This document shows, piece after piece, positions 8,884-11,751 of a DNA stretch of 11,751 nt. Each line of letters begins with the position of its first letter. Position 1 is the first letter of the stretch. Both the position numbers and the translations under genes were made by a program. Where the stretch lies: positions 1 to 11,751 of the forward strand of contig JAYWEM010000054.1 of NCBI GenBank assembly GCA_043779265.1, in the 5' to 3' direction. The DNA is from a bacterium (GTDB lineage: Bacteria > Eisenbacteria > RBG-16-71-46). The notes below the pieces were generated by a model. It worked only from the letters and a program-made list of their open reading frames with translations, did not search any database and was not told where the DNA came from.

Positions 8884-9936
8884 TCACCAGGGCCCGCTCC
8901 TCGTGATGTTCACGAACGACTTCCCATCCAGGCGGAACACCCCCAGCCAGCCCCCACACCACATCCGTCCAGACGCGTCCTCCATGAAGCAATGGATGGC
9001 CCCGCTCGTCATGCCGCTCTGCTTGGAGAAGTTGGTGAACGCCGCGCCATCGTAGCGATACACGCCGGAGCCCTCCACGGGGAACCAGAGATGCCCGTGT
9101 CGGTCCTCATACAGATTGCCCACTTCGGTACCACCCAGCCGCGCCTGCCGGGTGATGTTGGTGAAGCGCTTTCCATCGAAGCGGATGAGGCCCTTGTACT
9201 GCGTGGCGAACCACAGGTTGCCGTGCCTGTCCTCGAGAATCGAGTTGACGTGCGTGTCGGACCGTCGGTCCATCACCGAGATGCTCGTCAGCGAGTCTCC
9301 GTCGAACTTGTACACGCTGCCCTCGATCGCGAACCACATGTTGCCGGCGCGATCCTGCGTGATGCACCAGGCGATCCACGGACTCGAGACGCCAATGTTG
9401 AGATTTCGGCGGGTCGCCGCCGGCAGTGGGAACGGCGTGAACGCGCTTCCGTCGTACCGACACTCTCCCCCGATCGTTCCGATCCAGAGGGTTCCTGCAC
9501 GGTCCACGAACAGACGCCACACCTCGTTGCTGACCAGTCCATCCTCGGTGGTCAACGTGGTGAAGGACTTGCCATCGAACCGGGTCAGCCCTGCGCTCGA
9601 GCCGAACCAGATATGGCCCGCGCGGTCTTCTGCGGCGGCCGTCACCGTGACCCCGCGACCGCGTCCGTCTCGAATGTCGTAGCACAGAAGCGACACGCCA
9701 TCGTATCGGGACACGCCATTCTGAGTGCCGAACCAGATCCTTCCCCGCTGGTCCACAAGCATCGCGCGCACGACCCCGCTGATCTGGTTGCCCTGCGACC
9801 CCCTCTCGTGCGGATCTGTCTTGAACTCGGGCAGGCTGTCGCACGGCACGCCGATGCTGTCGGCGGGCACGCTGGTTGCGGCATGCGCGGCGCAGGAGAG
9901 AAGCAAAGCCAGGGAGCAGCGCAGGAGTGCGCGCAC
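8884..9936 (-). CDS. Secreted two-component-regulator-propeller (Reg_prop) repeat protein, single 7-bladed beta-propeller
   Basis: Seven D-x-x-G-x-[ILM]-W...[RK]-[YFL]-D-G repeats and a signal peptide. GTG start with GGGAGGT upstream. No transmembrane helix or kinase domain. Confidence 0.88.
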   Translation of the reverse strand: MRALLRCSLALLLSCAAHAATSVPADSIGVPCDSLPEFKTDPHERGSQGNQISGVVRAMLVDQRGRIWFGTQNGVSRYDGVSLLCYDIRDGRGRGVTVTAAAEDRAGHIWFGSSAGLTRFDGKSFTTLTTEDGLVSNEVWRLFVDRAGTLWIGTIGGECRYDGSAFTPFPLPAATRRNLNIGVSSPWIAWCITQDRAGNMWFAIEGSVYKFDGDSLTSISVMDRRSDTHVNSILEDRHGNLWFATQYKGLIRFDGKRFTNITRQARLGGTEVGNLYEDRHGHLWFPVEGSGVYRYDGAAFTNFSKQSGMTSGAIHCFMEDASGRMWCGGWLGVFRLDGKSFVNITRSGPW

Positions 9937-9962
9937 GTGCGCTGGGCACCTCCCGAGATCAG

Positions 9963-10181
9963 TCAGGCTGCCTCCGCATCGACGAACGCCCCTTCGGAAG
10001 TCGGCTTCGGCACCGGCAGCTCATCCTGCCTCAGCGTTTCGATGTGAAGGCGGATGGCCTCGCGGATGAGGTCGACGACTTCCTCTCGCGTCTCAGCCAC
10101 CGCGACACATCCGGGAAGATCCGGCACGTGGGCCCCCCAGCTCGTCTCTCCACACTCGACGACCACCATGTAGCGCGTCAA
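9963..10181 (-). CDS. hicB: HicB-family antitoxin (short form, no DNA-binding domain)
   Basis: YMVVVECGETSWGAHVPDLPGCVAVAETREEVVDLIREAIRLHIETLRQDELPVP. TTG start overlapping the hicA-remnant TGA, with GGGGAG upstream. Confidence 0.9.
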   Translation of the reverse strand: MTRYMVVVECGETSWGAHVPDLPGCVAVAETREEVVDLIREAIRLHIETLRQDELPVPKPTSEGAFVDAEAA

Positions 10182-10278
10182 TCGTCAGCTCCCCTCTTCT
10201 TGAGCCCCGCTTGCTTCAGAATCGACCCAATGTGCCCGGCGGAATTTCAAGGCTCGGCTTGCCAGCAACCGTTGTGAC
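10178..10278 (-). pseudogene. hicA: hicA toxin remnant (C-terminal half only, 1-nt frameshift)
   Basis: VTTVAGKPSLEIPPGTL, then only 2 nt (GG, 10226-10227), then SILKQAGLKKRGADD*. This is the HicA C-terminal motif (TVAGKPS..IPPGTL.SILKQAGL). The stop overlaps the hicB start (TTGA). The N-terminal GSH motif is absent. Confidence 0.85.
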
Positions 10279-10380
10279 CGCGAGCGCCTGCGACAGGTAG
10301 AGCGGCACACCGATGCTGCCGCCGATCTCGAAGCCGAGCGAGCGCGACATGATGGCGTACGGCCCGCCGGCGCTCATGCG
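10274..10380 (-). pseudogene. Internal fragment of an amino-acid permease (APC / cation-chloride cotransporter-like)
   Basis: RMSAGGPYAIMSRSLGFEIGGSIGVPLYLSQALAVT matches the recalled GG.Y..ISRSLG.E.GG.IG..LY motif of SLC12/CCC-like permeases. Only about 35 codons remain. Confidence 0.72.
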
Positions 10381-10513
10381 TGGGCCGGACTCGCTGTCGT
10401 TCGCTGGCTCAGTCGCGGCAACGCCAAGTCCTCCTGCTGTCCACGCGGTCCCTGCTCTGGCGTCGGCTCCACACCGCACCATACTCGCGAGGCGAGAACT
10501 CGGGGTAGGTGCT

Positions 10514-11026
10514 TCAGCGTGCCTCGAGCGGAAGCTCGTGCCAGGCCGGCCAATCGATGTCCCTGCCCGGGAACGCGACCTGCTTGAACGGCCAGTCGGC
10601 CCGAATCCATTCCTGGACCGCCTTGTACAGCCGTTCGTCGAGGCCGCCGGCCAACTCGCTCTGCCTGGCCCACAGGTAGACCTCGGCGTCGAAACCGGAC
10701 CCTCGCGTGGGATCGATGTAGATGCACCCGATCACCTGCGACTCGGAGAGCGTGACGACCGTATAGGCGAACGACCGCCGCGTCTGGAACTCCTTCTGGT
10801 GCCATCCGAGGTCGATCAGATCCTGCTCGAACGTCAGGCCATCGGGCCACTTGGAACCGGGCCACACGGTCCTGAGGTGTTCGACGCTGGTCATGACGGC
10901 GTCGAAGTCCTTGACGACATCGTTCACCGTCAGCGGCCGGATCCGGAACTCAGGCGTCTCGAGCTTGAGTGGAACGATGAAGTCCGCCGGAACGAACGGC
11001 TGAGGCGGCTTGATGGAGTCGGGCAT
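10514..11026 (-). CDS. GNAT-like N-acetyltransferase family protein, 170 aa
   Basis: FVPADFIVPLKLETPEFRIRPLTVNDVVKDFDAVMTS...DLIDLGWHQKEFQTRRSFAYTV...IGCIYIDP...WPFKQVAFPGR. GGAGGT at 11031-11036 before ATG 11026. Confidence 0.85.
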   Translation of the reverse strand: MPDSIKPPQPFVPADFIVPLKLETPEFRIRPLTVNDVVKDFDAVMTSVEHLRTVWPGSKWPDGLTFEQDLIDLGWHQKEFQTRRSFAYTVVTLSESQVIGCIYIDPTRGSGFDAEVYLWARQSELAGGLDERLYKAVQEWIRADWPFKQVAFPGRDIDWPAWHELPLEAR

Positions 11027-11103
11027 GAGGACCTCCGTGAATGCGAGCGGGTCGTTCGAGGAGTGGCTGCCCGATGCGCGCTCGATCTGCGTGCGTGCAA
11101 CGG

Positions 11104-11751
11104 TCAGTCCGACGGTGTCGTGCGGCGGATCACCGGAGCGTGCGAGAACACCGAGTCCCACGAGAGCGTGATGCCGCGCTTCGGATCCCCGGCGAATCGA
11201 AGGTAGGCGTCGAGCCCCGGCACGTAGTGAACGCCGCGCTCGATGCGGAACGCGTCGTAGGTGACCCCCGCGCACTCGACCTGGGTCGCCTTCGCCACCC
11301 GGCGCACGCGCACCGCGCCCACGGAGGGCACTTCGTACACGCCCGAGGGATCCGCGACTTCCTGTGGCGCCGGTGGCACGAGCGCCGCGGGTTCACGCCC
11401 TTCGGCGATCTCGATGAGCGCTCGCGTCAGCCCGCTGTGGAGCCACGCCGGCGGGGCGTCGTTGGCGACCCATGCGAGCGACAGGCCGCTGGCGTCATCC
11501 GCGTACGCGACGCTGTAGAAGCCGTTATGCGAGCCCGTGTAGTACCGCCTCGATCTCGCGGCATCGACGTACCAACTCCCCATCGAGATGCCCGTCGTGC
11601 GGCCGTCGTCGAGGCGTGCACGCGAGACCGCCGCGGCGTGGCACTCCGGGCCCATCGGCTGACGGAACCCCGCCGCCCACCGCTGCAGCGAGCGCGCCGA
11701 GGCGTAGAGGTTGGCGGCGCCATGGGACCCCTCGAGATCGTAGGCGTCGTG
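11104..11751 (-). CDS. Serine hydrolase, beta-lactamase-like (3' part; starts beyond the right edge), paralog of the left-hand gene
   Basis: Frame is open to the window edge. HDAYDLEGSHGAANLYASARSLQRWAAG...SMGSWY...YYTGSHNGFYSVAYAD aligns with HDVFDNEAFIGGSNVYFSALDLARWAGA...TGLSWY...QYSGAINAFHSIAYWD of the left gene. Confidence 0.85.
   Translation of the reverse strand, partial: HDAYDLEGSHGAANLYASARSLQRWAAGFRQPMGPECHAAAVSRARLDDGRTTGISMGSWYVDAARSRRYYTGSHNGFYSVAYADDASGLSLAWVANDAPPAWLHSGLTRALIEIAEGREPAALVPPAPQEVADPSGVYEVPSVGAVRVRRVAKATQVECAGVTYDAFRIERGVHYVPGLDAYLRFAGDPKRGITLSWDSVFSHAPVIRRTTPSD

Noticed and set aside
8884..9800. Periodic repeats that might indicate a CRISPR array or tandem DNA repeat
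   Set aside because: The periodicity is at protein level (propeller blades); no identical nucleotide repeats with spacers.

Overview
GC-rich bacterial accessory region with about 15 genes, all but one on the minus strand. It holds: a partial zf-TFIIB-type Zn-ribbon protein; two divergent paralogous serine hydrolases (beta-lactamase/AmpC-like fold), one at each end of the window; two divergently transcribed VOC/glyoxalase genes; a 93-aa hypothetical; a pyrimidine-dimer DNA glycosylase; a secreted YciI-like protein; an 88-aa lower-GC orphan; catalase-peroxidase katG; a coupled trio of stand-alone 7-bladed Reg_prop propeller, secreted EEP hydrolase and RhtA-like EamA exporter; hicB; and a GNAT-like protein. 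Reading beyond the ORF track shows decay and shuffling: an in-frame TAG splits the left serine hydrolase, a SnoaL/NTF2 pseudogene fragment hides in an intergenic gap, and a truncated, frameshifted hicA is fused to an amino-acid-permease fragment. A 60-bp attC-like element with a non-canonical but self-complementary GAC/GTC core, plus weaker attC-like relics, suggests an eroded integron-cassette array. No integrase, RNA gene, CRISPR array or IS was seen. Family assignments come from recalled motifs; no searches were run.
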